Shown here piece after piece: positions 51,526 to 60,986 of a stretch of 64,000 nucleotides of DNA (positions within the stretch are counted from its first letter, which is position 1; every line of letters starts with the position of its first letter). The notes under the pieces were generated by a model. It was not told the origin of the DNA. It made no database searches and saw only the letters and a list, made by a program, of their open reading frames with translations. A program made the position numbers and the translations under genes. This stretch comes from a virus, in the IMG/VR virus record IMGVR_UViG_3300005913_000002; one strand, given 5' to 3'.

Positions 51526-52539
51526 ATGGCAACTTTAGCAGAAATTCGAGCAAAACTTCAGGCATCATCTCAACAAAACACCGGCGGCTCAGCAGGTGGA
51601 GACAACGCAATTTACCCCCATTGGAACATCGCAGAAGGACAAACCGCAACGGTTCGTTTCTTGCCCGATGCCGATCCAAACAACACTTTTTTCTGGGTTG
51701 AACGTGCAATGATCAAATTGCCATTCGCCGGTATTAAGGGTGAAACAAACTCTAAACCCGTAACTGTGCAAGTTCCGTGTATGGAAATGTGGGGCGAAAC
51801 ATGTCCTATTCTTACAGACGTTCGCCCATGGTTCAAGGACAAGTCCTTGGAAGACATGGGTCGTAAGTACTGGAAGAAGCGTTCTTACTTGTTCCAAGGG
51901 TTTGTTACTAATAGCGAACACAAAGAAGATGGCAAGACTCCCGAAAATCCAATTCGTCGATTCATTATCGGCAGTCAGATTTTTAATATCATCAAGGCCG
52001 CATTATTGGATCCAGACATGGAAGAATTGCCAACAGACAGTTTGCGTGGCGTTGATTTTCGCATTGTTAAAACTAGCAAGGGCGGTTATGCAGATTACTC
52101 TACCTCACAATGGGCTCGTCGTGAACGTGCTTTGAGTGAAGATGAACAGGCAGCACTCCAACAATATGGTACGTTTAATTTGAAAGATTTCTTGCCTAAG
52201 AAGCCTGGCGAAGTTGAACTCAAAGTTATGAAAGAGATGTTTGAAGCATCAGTTGCCGTCGAAGCATACGATCCAGATCGTTGGAGTCAGTACTTCAAGC
52301 CAGCAGGATTTAACGGCGGTAATACTGCTAATGCAGGATCTGCTCCTACTCCAAAAGCAGTAGCGACTCCAGTTGCAAAAGTAGAATCTGCTCCTGTAGT
52401 AGAAACTACATCTGCACCTTGGGAAGATGATGCCGCAGAAGCAGCGGCAAGTATTGCACCAGCAGCAGCGCCTGCAACTAGCGATGCGAGTTCACGAGCA
52501 CAGGACATCTTGGCACGTATTAAATCACGTCAGCAATAA
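51526..52539 (+). CDS. Single-stranded DNA-binding protein (T4 gp32-like)
   Basis: VRFLP, C...CP, YWKKRSY, G.DF...K..KGGYADYS.S.W; flexible Ala/acidic tail; AAGGA RBS. Confidence 0.85.
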   Translation: MATLAEIRAKLQASSQQNTGGSAGGDNAIYPHWNIAEGQTATVRFLPDADPNNTFFWVERAMIKLPFAGIKGETNSKPVTVQVPCMEMWGETCPILTDVRPWFKDKSLEDMGRKYWKKRSYLFQGFVTNSEHKEDGKTPENPIRRFIIGSQIFNIIKAALLDPDMEELPTDSLRGVDFRIVKTSKGGYADYSTSQWARRERALSEDEQAALQQYGTFNLKDFLPKKPGEVELKVMKEMFEASVAVEAYDPDRWSQYFKPAGFNGGNTANAGSAPTPKAVATPVAKVESAPVVETTSAPWEDDAAEAAASIAPAAAPATSDASSRAQDILARIKSRQQ

Positions 52540-52553
52540 TTTAGGAGATTAAA

Positions 52554-53609
52554 ATGGGAAAAGCATTTGATATTTCTAAATTTAGAAAGTCAATTACTAA
52601 GTCTATTGACGGCTTAGGTATTGGCTTCAACGACCCGACTGATTGGATTAGTACTGGCAATTATGCTCTAAACTATCTAATCAGCGGCGACTTCCATCGC
52701 GGAGTTCCGATGGGTAAGGTAACTGTGTTTGCCGGTGAATCTGGTGCAGGTAAGTCATATATCTGCTCAGGTAACATTATTAAAGCAGCACAAGAACAAG
52801 ACATTTATGTTGTACTGATTGACAGTGAAAATGCACTTGATCAAAAGTGGCTAGAAGATTTAGGCGTTAATACTTCGGATGAAAAACTCCTAAAGTTGAA
52901 CATAGCTATGATTGATGATGTAGCAAAAACTATTTCAGAGTTTATGAAAGAGTACAAAACAATGCCAGAGGACGAGCGTCCAAAAGTTTTGTTTGTTATT
53001 GATTCACTAGGCATGTTGTTAACTCCTACTGATGTTAATCAGTTTCAAGCGGGTGAAATGAAAGGTGATATGGGCCGTAAACCTAAAGCACTAACATCAC
53101 TTGTTCGTAACTGTGTCAATATGTTTGGTTCTTACAATGTGGGCATGGTGTGTACTAACCACACTTATGCGTCACAGGATATGTTTGATCCAGATGACAA
53201 AATTTCTGGCGGTCAAGGCTTTGTTTATGCATCAAGTATTGTCGTTGCTATGAAAAAACTCAAACTCAAAGAGGACGAGGACGGCAATAAAGTAAGCGAT
53301 GTTTTAGGTATTCGATCTGCTTGCAAGATCATGAAAACTCGATATGCAAAACCTTTTGAAAGTGTGCAGGTTAAGATTCCATACTCGACTGGTATGGCGG
53401 CCACAAGCGGTCTTTTAGACATGTTTGAAAAGATGGGAGTCTTGACAAAATCAGGAAATAAGTTACAATATATAAGTAAGGTATCTGGTGAAATTCATTC
53501 TTACTTCCGTAAAGGATGGACTGAAGACAACCTTAAAATTATTATGGGCGAGTGGAGTGAAGATTCTTTGCCCGTCCTTGCTAAAACTGTAACTGAGGAA
53601 GAAGTATAA
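52554..53609 (+). CDS. uvsX: RecA-like recombinase UvsX
   Basis: STGNYALN..ISG, GESGAGKS Walker A, DSENA, VIDSLG, NHTY, SGG.G. Confidence 0.92.
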   Translation: MGKAFDISKFRKSITKSIDGLGIGFNDPTDWISTGNYALNYLISGDFHRGVPMGKVTVFAGESGAGKSYICSGNIIKAAQEQDIYVVLIDSENALDQKWLEDLGVNTSDEKLLKLNIAMIDDVAKTISEFMKEYKTMPEDERPKVLFVIDSLGMLLTPTDVNQFQAGEMKGDMGRKPKALTSLVRNCVNMFGSYNVGMVCTNHTYASQDMFDPDDKISGGQGFVYASSIVVAMKKLKLKEDEDGNKVSDVLGIRSACKIMKTRYAKPFESVQVKIPYSTGMAATSGLLDMFEKMGVLTKSGNKLQYISKVSGEIHSYFRKGWTEDNLKIIMGEWSEDSLPVLAKTVTEEEV

Positions 53610-53857
53610 TGGATGAAAGTTTAACTATGGAAATTTGGGATACATTTAAAGAATATATTCCAGAAAAAAATAAAGAAACTGCTGCACATCAATATGTTGA
53701 TTTTTTATTAAATCACGAAATTGAAATTGCTGAACTGGAAAGTTATATCGGTTATGACAATGCACTTGATGTTGCTATCAGATCTGTAGTATCACAAGCA
53801 GCAGAGTGGGATGATCCAGAACCAGAGTTTGAAGACGAAGATAACGAGGAATACTAA
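53609..53857 (+). CDS. Small acidic hypothetical protein
   Basis: 82-aa ORF coupled to uvsX and uvsY. Confidence 0.6.
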   Translation: MDESLTMEIWDTFKEYIPEKNKETAAHQYVDFLLNHEIEIAELESYIGYDNALDVAIRSVVSQAAEWDDPEPEFEDEDNEEY

Positions 53858-54312
53858 TGAATTGGTACAGCAAAGTAAGTAAAGATATTGCTTACTTACC
53901 GGCTTGTATTGATTATTATTACTCTGAGTTAGAAGATGCGAAGAAAGAGGCTAAGATTTATGGTAACATAGAAAAAGCCTCTGCTTCTTTGCCAGGCATT
54001 GTAGCACAGCGATTTAACGAACTTCAAGAAATTGAAGGTATCCTTGAATACCTCAACATTGAATTACGTAGATTGCGATCAAAGACATTTAAAAAATACC
54101 TCGAAAATTATCAACGAGCATTGAGTTCGAGAGATGTTGAAAAATATGTTGACGGTGAAGCAGACGTAGTTGATATGGAAAAAATTATCAACGAGTTTGC
54201 ATTGTTACGAAATAATTGGCTTGGCATCATCAAGGCTCTAGATATCAAACAGTGGCAAATAAGTAATATTATCAAATTAAGAACAGCAGGAATGGAAGAC
54301 GTTTCGTTATGA
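53857..54312 (+). CDS. uvsY: Recombination mediator UvsY-like
   Basis: Helical; EKYVDGE and W....IIKLRTAG C-terminus; lies between uvsX and uvsW. Confidence 0.7.
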   Translation: MNWYSKVSKDIAYLPACIDYYYSELEDAKKEAKIYGNIEKASASLPGIVAQRFNELQEIEGILEYLNIELRRLRSKTFKKYLENYQRALSSRDVEKYVDGEADVVDMEKIINEFALLRNNWLGIIKALDIKQWQISNIIKLRTAGMEDVSL

Positions 54313-55502
54313 AACTTTATATCGAAGATTTGATGTGTAGATTAGGCAACGGTGGCCAGTACATGTTTTCAAACGGCACTGTAAAAGTCAGTTCGTTCGA
54401 TCACAGTATTGTTTCTAACCTTTCTATGGCATGCGACGAACATCGCGGTCTTACTCTCAAGCAAAGAAACGTTTCTATCAAGTTGTGTGAACGATATAAA
54501 GGCCAACTGATTGCAGCATTGGGCCAGGATGTTATCCCGGCGTTGGACAATCCGGAGTTCAAATCTCGGTTGTTAGAATCGTACATTCCTGTTTCGTCTA
54601 TCGAAATTGAAGATAAGTGCATCAAGGTAAAATTTCCCTATAACGATAGTCTAGTGGCAAAAATTAAGAAATATAAATCAGAGTATGCTGGACACAGAGT
54701 TAATTGGAATTCAGAAAACAAGTCTTGGGATTTTGATTTAGAAGAGGCTTCAGTTGTTTGGCTACAACATAATATTGTTAATGATCAATATATCCTTGAC
54801 CCGGCATTTAAACAACATTACGACAAGATCGCAGAAATTTTTGAGAAAATTGACAATTACGTACCTTGCCTGGATGTGATTGAAGATCAGTTTGTTTTTA
54901 GAAACGTACACACAAGTGTACCACAACCTAAAGTAAATGACCTTAAACATGTCATGTTGCTGGCACGAATGTACGGAATTACTACCTGGTCTGAAAAGGT
55001 AGAAGAAATGGTTCAAAAGGCAAATTTTTCGCCTCTTTTTGAATCGTTTTTAACAAAAACTAACACGAAAGTGACAGAATTTGACTCAGAAGAATTTGCC
55101 ATTGGTCAGTTTACTGACCTGTTCAAATACAATTTGCCTGCATTAATTGTTGTTCCGGGCGGTGATGAACTACAGAGTTTGCGTACCTGGTATTTTTGGT
55201 TAAAATCACAAAATTTTGAAGAAAAAGACATTTCTGTGATGTTTAGACTAGATAACGGAAACGGTTCAGTCTTTAATGATCTTGTGAAAGAGTGTAAACT
55301 AAACAATCCCATTAGCGAAAATACAAAAGTTGTTTTCATTAGTCAGAAACTTCCAAAGCCTGTAGTAAAATCTGGCCTGCAATTCAAATTTGTGGTTAAT
55401 TTGAGTGCAACATGGAGTTCTCACTATAGTATCAACAGTTACATTGATACAATGTCTAATGTCATAAGATACGCTCCTACTAAGAAAGAAAAATTAAATT
55501 GA
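54309..55502 (+). CDS. Hypothetical protein with a possible HARP-like domain
   Basis: IKVKFPYNDSLVAKIK...WNSENKSW segment; coupled to uvsW. Confidence 0.55.
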   Translation: MKLYIEDLMCRLGNGGQYMFSNGTVKVSSFDHSIVSNLSMACDEHRGLTLKQRNVSIKLCERYKGQLIAALGQDVIPALDNPEFKSRLLESYIPVSSIEIEDKCIKVKFPYNDSLVAKIKKYKSEYAGHRVNWNSENKSWDFDLEEASVVWLQHNIVNDQYILDPAFKQHYDKIAEIFEKIDNYVPCLDVIEDQFVFRNVHTSVPQPKVNDLKHVMLLARMYGITTWSEKVEEMVQKANFSPLFESFLTKTNTKVTEFDSEEFAIGQFTDLFKYNLPALIVVPGGDELQSLRTWYFWLKSQNFEEKDISVMFRLDNGNGSVFNDLVKECKLNNPISENTKVVFISQKLPKPVVKSGLQFKFVVNLSATWSSHYSINSYIDTMSNVIRYAPTKKEKLN

Positions 55503-56956
55503 GTTTTTGCAAAATTGTAATCAAAGACGAAGTAAACGTAAAGATTGAAAATCTCGATCTTGAAACTCGTAAAGCGTTGGTTAAAAAATTCAAATATTTT
55601 GATCAAAAAGCCAGATACTTGCCTGCGTACAAATTAGGCAGGTGGGACGGTTGCACAAGTTTCTTCGGACTTGGCGGTACCACCTACATGAGTCTATTAC
55701 CTGAGGTAATTGAAGAACTTGTTCGCATGGGTTACGATCCTACACTTGAAGATTACCGAAAATCCACGCCGTTAGAATTTGAAAAAGTTGAAGAAGATTT
55801 TTGGGGAAATCAAACATGGCCAGAAGGGCATCGATTTGCTGGAGAAAAGATTAGACTACGTGACGACCAGGTAGAAGTTGTTAACAAGTTCCTTGAGAAT
55901 CCTCAATGCATTCAGGAAATTGCTACAGGTTTTGGTAAGACAATTATAACTGCAACATTGGCAAAAATTGTGGAAAAATACGGTCGTACAATTACAATTG
56001 TACCTAACAAAAGTCTTGTTGAACAGACAGAAGAAGATTTTATTAACTGTCAACTTGATGTAGGTGTATACTACGGAGATAGAAAAGACCTCAATAAAAC
56101 TCATACTATCTGCACATGGCAAAGTTTAAATATTTTAGATAAGAAATCAAAAAACTCCACCGAAAATGACTTACTGACTTTGGCAGAATTTTTAGATGGT
56201 GTGAGTACCGTAATGGTAGACGAAGTACACATGGCCAAAGCAGATGTACTTAAAAAGTTACTGACTCAAAATATGAGCAATGCTCCTATCCGATGGGGCC
56301 TAACCGGCACCGTACCAAAAGAGGACATTGAATTTCTAAACATCAAGTCTGCATTAGGCGAAGTGGTGCATCGAGTAGCGGCGTACGAATTGCAGGAAAA
56401 AGGAGTATTGAGTCAATGCCATGTTAACATTATTCAAACTCAGGAATGGAAAGAGTTTGAAAGTTATCCAGGCGAATTAAAATACCTAGTTACTGATAGC
56501 ACACGCATGGAGTGGATTAGTAAACTAGTGTCAGGTATTGCAGAAACTGGAAATACACTCGTTTTGGTTGACAGAATAGAGTCAGGAAAGTTTATAATAA
56601 ATGAGATTCCAGACAGTGTGTTTATTTCAGGCGAAGTAAAAACTAAAGACAGAAAAGAAGAATACGATGAAATTAAAACTTCTACTAACAAGATTATTGT
56701 GGCGACTTATGGTGTGGCCGCTGTGGGTATTAATATCCCTCGTATTTTTAATCTGGTTCTTTTGGAGCCCGGAAAGAGCTTTGTCCGAGTTATACAAAGT
56801 ATTGGGCGAGGTATTAGAAAAGCAGAAGACAAAGACTTCGTGCAAATTTGGGATTTAACTGCCAGTAGCAAATACGCTAAAAAACATTTAACAGAGAGAA
56901 AACGTTTCTACAAAGAAGCACATTATCCATTCACAGTAGAAAAGGTAAAATACTAA
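55499..56956 (+). CDS. uvsW: SF2 DNA helicase UvsW
   Basis: LRDDQ, ATGFGKT, DEVH, GLTGT, GINIP, QSIGRGIR; TTG start. Confidence 0.9.
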   Translation: MSFCKIVIKDEVNVKIENLDLETRKALVKKFKYFDQKARYLPAYKLGRWDGCTSFFGLGGTTYMSLLPEVIEELVRMGYDPTLEDYRKSTPLEFEKVEEDFWGNQTWPEGHRFAGEKIRLRDDQVEVVNKFLENPQCIQEIATGFGKTIITATLAKIVEKYGRTITIVPNKSLVEQTEEDFINCQLDVGVYYGDRKDLNKTHTICTWQSLNILDKKSKNSTENDLLTLAEFLDGVSTVMVDEVHMAKADVLKKLLTQNMSNAPIRWGLTGTVPKEDIEFLNIKSALGEVVHRVAAYELQEKGVLSQCHVNIIQTQEWKEFESYPGELKYLVTDSTRMEWISKLVSGIAETGNTLVLVDRIESGKFIINEIPDSVFISGEVKTKDRKEEYDEIKTSTNKIIVATYGVAAVGINIPRIFNLVLLEPGKSFVRVIQSIGRGIRKAEDKDFVQIWDLTASSKYAKKHLTERKRFYKEAHYPFTVEKVKY

Positions 56957-57459
56957 TGCAAATATTAACACTTGATAATAAGATTTATCACCTCAATGAC
57001 CTTCCAGATGAAATAGAAGACGACCTTAGATTTTCAGTAATGGACAATAGTGATCCATCGAATCCTGATTATTTTTATATTCCGTTAATTTTCTTAGAAA
57101 GTTTTACTGCTCCGGCAGCAGTATTACAAATAGGTCCCTACAGAGTTAATATGCCTCTTGATTGGTGCACTATTGTAGGAGATCCTGAAGGCCCTTCAAT
57201 GGAAATTCTTCCACTGACAAGTTTAAATGATAGAGGTTTTAGAACTTTTACATTTAATCCTTTAAGTAGTTTTAGACCAGAATTTTTTGATGTTGATATC
57301 GTTGATGTCTATCAAGATGTTAAATGGTATTTTCCTAAAATGAAGCCAGGTCAATTGCTTTGCACTCCGTTAAGCAATGATCCTAAACCAGTGTGTGCAT
57401 ATTTTGTAAAAGAAGTTAGTAGGCAAAGTGAATTAGTTGATTACGGCCTGTGTTGGTAA
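56956..57459 (+). CDS. Hypothetical beta-rich protein
   Basis: 167-aa ORF coupled to uvsW (TAATG). Confidence 0.6.
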   Translation: MQILTLDNKIYHLNDLPDEIEDDLRFSVMDNSDPSNPDYFYIPLIFLESFTAPAAVLQIGPYRVNMPLDWCTIVGDPEGPSMEILPLTSLNDRGFRTFTFNPLSSFRPEFFDVDIVDVYQDVKWYFPKMKPGQLLCTPLSNDPKPVCAYFVKEVSRQSELVDYGLCW

Positions 57460-57460
57460 T

Positions 57461-57763
57461 ATGAGCAGGCTTACACCAGGTGCATCATATTCTTATGAAA
57501 AAATTGATGGGGTGACATACGCACAGGAATTATCATCAACTGAAAAAATAATCATAGGGTGGGATTGGAGTTCAGATGACCAATTACTGGCGCCTGAACA
57601 TATTAGATCAAAACTTGATGATATTAAAGAAAAGAATTTATGGAATGAAATTCGAAGAGTAGCCCGGACTAATGTTACCTTGCAAAAAGCATTAGACCAG
57701 TGTATAATTATACATCACCTCAGTAAAGACAACCCTAAACCACTAGATTGGCATCCAGTATAA
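57461..57763 (+). CDS. Hypothetical protein
   Basis: ATG at 57461 is in frame with ORF 57437..57763. Confidence 0.5.
   Translation: MSRLTPGASYSYEKIDGVTYAQELSSTEKIIIGWDWSSDDQLLAPEHIRSKLDDIKEKNLWNEIRRVARTNVTLQKALDQCIIIHHLSKDNPKPLDWHPV
57680..57708 (+). promoter_or_regulatory. Internal sigma70-type promoter
   Basis: TTGCAA-17 nt-TATAAT upstream of the gp62-like gene; same -35 as at 51417. Confidence 0.65.
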
Positions 57764-58224
57764 TGGCAGCAAAATTAGACATTGGCAAAGAACTAAGAGC
57801 AGTAAATTCTAGAAATTATGATTTCTATAATAACCTTACTGACGAAGAAAAGAAAGCATTTAGTCCGTATCTCCTAATGAGGTTCGTGGGCAATCCTCAG
57901 TCTGATTCTGAAACTTATGAATTTACAATTGATCGTGTTAACGAATTTGTAAACAAAAATCATTGGGAACTAAGCAAAGGTCATAAACCGTTGCTATGGA
58001 AAATGTTTGCAAGTTGCGGTACCGGCACGTCTTTGCGATATACATATCTTAAATCAGGTACGAAAGAAAAAGCAAACAAAATTGAAAAATTGTTAGAAGA
58101 ACTGTATCCTGCTATGAAGATGAGTGATATTAAATTACTTGCATCTATGATGGACAAAAAAGATCGAGACGAACTATTTGATAAAATGGGTTTTGACAAA
58201 AAGCAACGGAAAGATTACGAGTGA
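57763..58224 (+). CDS. Clamp loader small subunit (T4 gp62-like)
   Basis: K.FSPYLLMRF...VNE..N.....L pattern; ATG at 57763. Confidence 0.5.
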   Translation: MAAKLDIGKELRAVNSRNYDFYNNLTDEEKKAFSPYLLMRFVGNPQSDSETYEFTIDRVNEFVNKNHWELSKGHKPLLWKMFASCGTGTSLRYTYLKSGTKEKANKIEKLLEELYPAMKMSDIKLLASMMDKKDRDELFDKMGFDKKQRKDYE

Positions 58225-58916
58225 TTAAACTAGAAGAACAACCTTTTAACTGTGTACATTGCGGTAAGGCGTTTATGAAAGAAAAAACGCTAATTGCTCA
58301 CATGTGCGAGCAAAAACGTAGAGTATTACAGAAAGAAGAAAAGCGAGTTCAGGTAGGATTTTTTACATACAACAGATTTTATCAACTAACACAGAATGCC
58401 AAAAAACAAAAGTCTTATTCTGATTTTTGTAAAAGCAGTTACTATAATGCATTTGTAAAATTTGGCAGTTTTATCAATAATGTTAATCCGTTATACCCTG
58501 AACGATTTATTGATTGGGTGATTAAAAGCGGAGTTAAATTAGATCACTGGTGTCGAGATGAATTATACGACAAGTATCTAGCGGATCTTGTAAAAATAGA
58601 ACCTGCCGAAAGTGCAGTACAACGTAGTTTGCAATATATGATGGAATGGGCTGAAGAACAAAATGCAGAGTATACACATTACTTTAGATATGTAAGTGTT
58701 AATCGTGCAGTATATCATATTCGAGATGGAAAACTTTCACCGTGGTTAATTCTTAACTGTTCAGAAGGCGTTGAGTTATTGAGAAAGTTTAGCGACGAAC
58801 AATTGGAAATAGTTGATAAAATTTTAGATTTTGGGTTTTGGTCAAAGAAATTTAAAGAAACTCCTGCTGATGTTGCATTGGTTAAAGAAGTATGTAGGGA
58901 GATAGGAATTGCCTGA
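58221..58916 (+). CDS. Hypothetical protein with N-terminal C2HC-type zinc finger
   Basis: FNCVHCGKAF.KEKTL.AHMC; GTG start. Confidence 0.6.
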   Translation: MIKLEEQPFNCVHCGKAFMKEKTLIAHMCEQKRRVLQKEEKRVQVGFFTYNRFYQLTQNAKKQKSYSDFCKSSYYNAFVKFGSFINNVNPLYPERFIDWVIKSGVKLDHWCRDELYDKYLADLVKIEPAESAVQRSLQYMMEWAEEQNAEYTHYFRYVSVNRAVYHIRDGKLSPWLILNCSEGVELLRKFSDEQLEIVDKILDFGFWSKKFKETPADVALVKEVCREIGIA

Positions 58917-59496
58917 TATTGACTTAGACTTTGCTAATAGACAACTAGCATTAGATAAATTAACTCACATTACTGCATCTCGTGCCGAGAACGGAGATTT
59001 TAAAAAGCACAACACTGGCGTATATTGTCACGTTATTCCGTATAATCCATTAACTGGCCTATCTGCAATTGAGTATAAGAAAGCAGAAGATAGAGGATAT
59101 TTTAAAATAGACTTTTTAAATGTATCTGCTTATCAAGGAATAAAAAACGAGGAACAACTTGAACAGTTGTTAAAAATTGAACCGCTATGGGATCTATTAG
59201 AAGATTCTGCGGTATGCGATCAGATGTTTCACATTAACGGATATCATAATATGATTGCTAAACTTAAACCTCGTAGCATTGAGCAGTTAGCCATGTTTCT
59301 TGCTCTCCTCCGGCCTGGTAAGAAACATCTCATCCCAGTATGCAACGAAAAAGGTTTCGATGCTATTGAAAATGAGATATGGGTTAAAACAGAAGATGCT
59401 TATTTCTTTAAAAAGGCTCATGCTGTTGCGTATGCTCATGTAATTGTGGTACAACTAAATTTACTATGTGAAAATATTAGTTACGGTTTTTCTTAA
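58909..59496 (+). CDS. Miniature DNA polymerase III alpha (DnaE)-like catalytic fragment
   Basis: MPDIDLDF, KHNTGVY, GYFKIDFL, LKPRSIEQLA..LALLRPG and YFFKKAHAVAYA occur in DnaE order; TTG start after AGGGAG. Confidence 0.8.
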   Translation: MPDIDLDFANRQLALDKLTHITASRAENGDFKKHNTGVYCHVIPYNPLTGLSAIEYKKAEDRGYFKIDFLNVSAYQGIKNEEQLEQLLKIEPLWDLLEDSAVCDQMFHINGYHNMIAKLKPRSIEQLAMFLALLRPGKKHLIPVCNEKGFDAIENEIWVKTEDAYFFKKAHAVAYAHVIVVQLNLLCENISYGFS

Positions 59497-59860
59497 CGTT
59501 TCTAACCAGTTGAATGCTTTTACGTTTAACTCGTTTTTCTGCAATTTCACCTAAATTTACAATTGGTCCAAATATTATTTCAACATCTTTACTGTTAAAT
59601 GTTTTAACATATGGTCTAAAGTCTATCATATCCTGTTTTAAGAATATGTTGATTGGAATTTTTCTATTGGATTCCCACCACCATGTTTCTCCTAATTCTA
59701 GAAATAATTTTCTTTCTTCCTCAGAACGTATATCAGCATAACTATAGATGCTGGTAACATTGAGGTCGTAGTTGATTACTATTCCGATATATTCGTTAAC
59801 CGATGTTTTTACACCGGTTATAAACGGAAAGTTTTTCTGAAAGTCGTCCTTACTGGTCAT
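59477..59860 (-). CDS. Hypothetical protein
   Basis: 127-aa ORF (WWWESNRKIPINIFL); TATAAATA on - at 59895-59902. Confidence 0.65.
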   Translation of the reverse strand: MTSKDDFQKNFPFITGVKTSVNEYIGIVINYDLNVTSIYSYADIRSEEERKLFLELGETWWWESNRKIPINIFLKQDMIDFRPYVKTFNSKDVEIIFGPIVNLGEIAEKRVKRKSIQLVRNVKKNRN

Positions 59861-59876
59861 TAAAATAAATATATGT

Positions 59877-60977
59877 ATGCAAAAATTACCAGTTTATTTA
59901 TACTCCAATTTAATGCAAGTGCAATTAGATGTGGACAATAATACAAGGATAGATAGAACAATGTACCAGCGTGAACTAAAAATACAAAAAGGACTTAAAA
60001 ATAAAGTTCAAATTCAAGTTAAAAATTCTGACCAGAAAACTGTTAGAATCAAAGCCGCTGGCGCAACTACCCAGGAAATTTCAACATCAAGCACAGAAAT
60101 ATTTTTAGATAGCACAACTGGCATTGTTGCAGGAATGACAGTTAACAGTAATAATGTGCTTCCGGGAACTTATGTTTCTTCTGTAAATGCAGATAGCGTT
60201 ATTATTGCCAACCTAAATCCTGTTTACAACCTAGATACTGAGCAATTTCAATCACCTATATTAACTACAATCAGTTCGGGTACATCAATAGCATTCAATC
60301 AAAATTTTGTATTCAGCATGTTTAATGCTAACGAACAACGACTAGTTTTAGAAAAACAATTAGAAGTTTTAGATGACGGTGTCACAACAGCAACTCGAGG
60401 CATAGCCTTATTAACTTTAAACGAAAACGACACCCGATCTTTATCAAGCGGATATTACAAATACGGCATTACTCTAACAGACAGCGACGGCGGCAAATTA
60501 CCATCATACTCGAATACCTACTACGGAATAGACGGTACGGTAAACTTAACACACGATTTATATCCTACATTAAAAGAGAGTGGTTCTGTCGTAAGTTTTC
60601 AAAGATTTGCAAATGAGCAGACTAATTTATACGAATTTTACACAGGCAATTTAAGAGCATATCCAGAACTAACACAAACAACAACAGCCGCTCTTTACCT
60701 TGAGAATTTTACAGGCACAGTGCTAATTCAAGCAACACTAGATAATAGTCCCGGTTCGTTTGGAAATTATGTAACTTTGGAAACAAAAACATATACTGGA
60801 TTTACTGGAGTCGATTATGCTAATGCTGTTGGCAGTTGGAGCGATGTTAGAATAAAATGGATTCCGGATACTGACGGAACTTATAATCATTACAGTCCAC
60901 AATTGCCCGGAAATCCTACTCCAGGAACTGCATATTATCCAAACGGAAAAGTTGACAAAGTATTGTATAGAAGTTAA
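59877..60977 (+). CDS. Hypothetical late protein, probably structural
   Basis: Thr/Asn-rich beta composition; TAAATA at 59866. Confidence 0.6.
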   Translation: MQKLPVYLYSNLMQVQLDVDNNTRIDRTMYQRELKIQKGLKNKVQIQVKNSDQKTVRIKAAGATTQEISTSSTEIFLDSTTGIVAGMTVNSNNVLPGTYVSSVNADSVIIANLNPVYNLDTEQFQSPILTTISSGTSIAFNQNFVFSMFNANEQRLVLEKQLEVLDDGVTTATRGIALLTLNENDTRSLSSGYYKYGITLTDSDGGKLPSYSNTYYGIDGTVNLTHDLYPTLKESGSVVSFQRFANEQTNLYEFYTGNLRAYPELTQTTTAALYLENFTGTVLIQATLDNSPGSFGNYVTLETKTYTGFTGVDYANAVGSWSDVRIKWIPDTDGTYNHYSPQLPGNPTPGTAYYPNGKVDKVLYRS

Positions 60978-60980
60978 AAT
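60952..60980 (+). promoter_or_regulatory. Sigma70-type promoter for primase-helicase
   Basis: TTGACA-17 nt-TAAAAT, ending 6 nt before the ATG at 60987. Confidence 0.7.
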
Positions 60981-60986
60981 ATATGC

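Noticed and set aside
51477-51701. 74-aa ORF overlapping the gp32 start
   Set aside because: Alternate-frame overlap with no support; gp32 has the clear RBS.
53442-53469. TTGACA-16-TACAAT inside uvsX
   Set aside because: Plausible internal promoter, but suboptimal spacing and AT-rich background make it too uncertain to call.
58221-59496. Frameshift fusion of the Zn-finger ORF with the mini-DnaE
   Set aside because: No slippery site is evident, the upstream ORF lacks DnaE motifs, and the TTG start has its own AGGGAG RBS.
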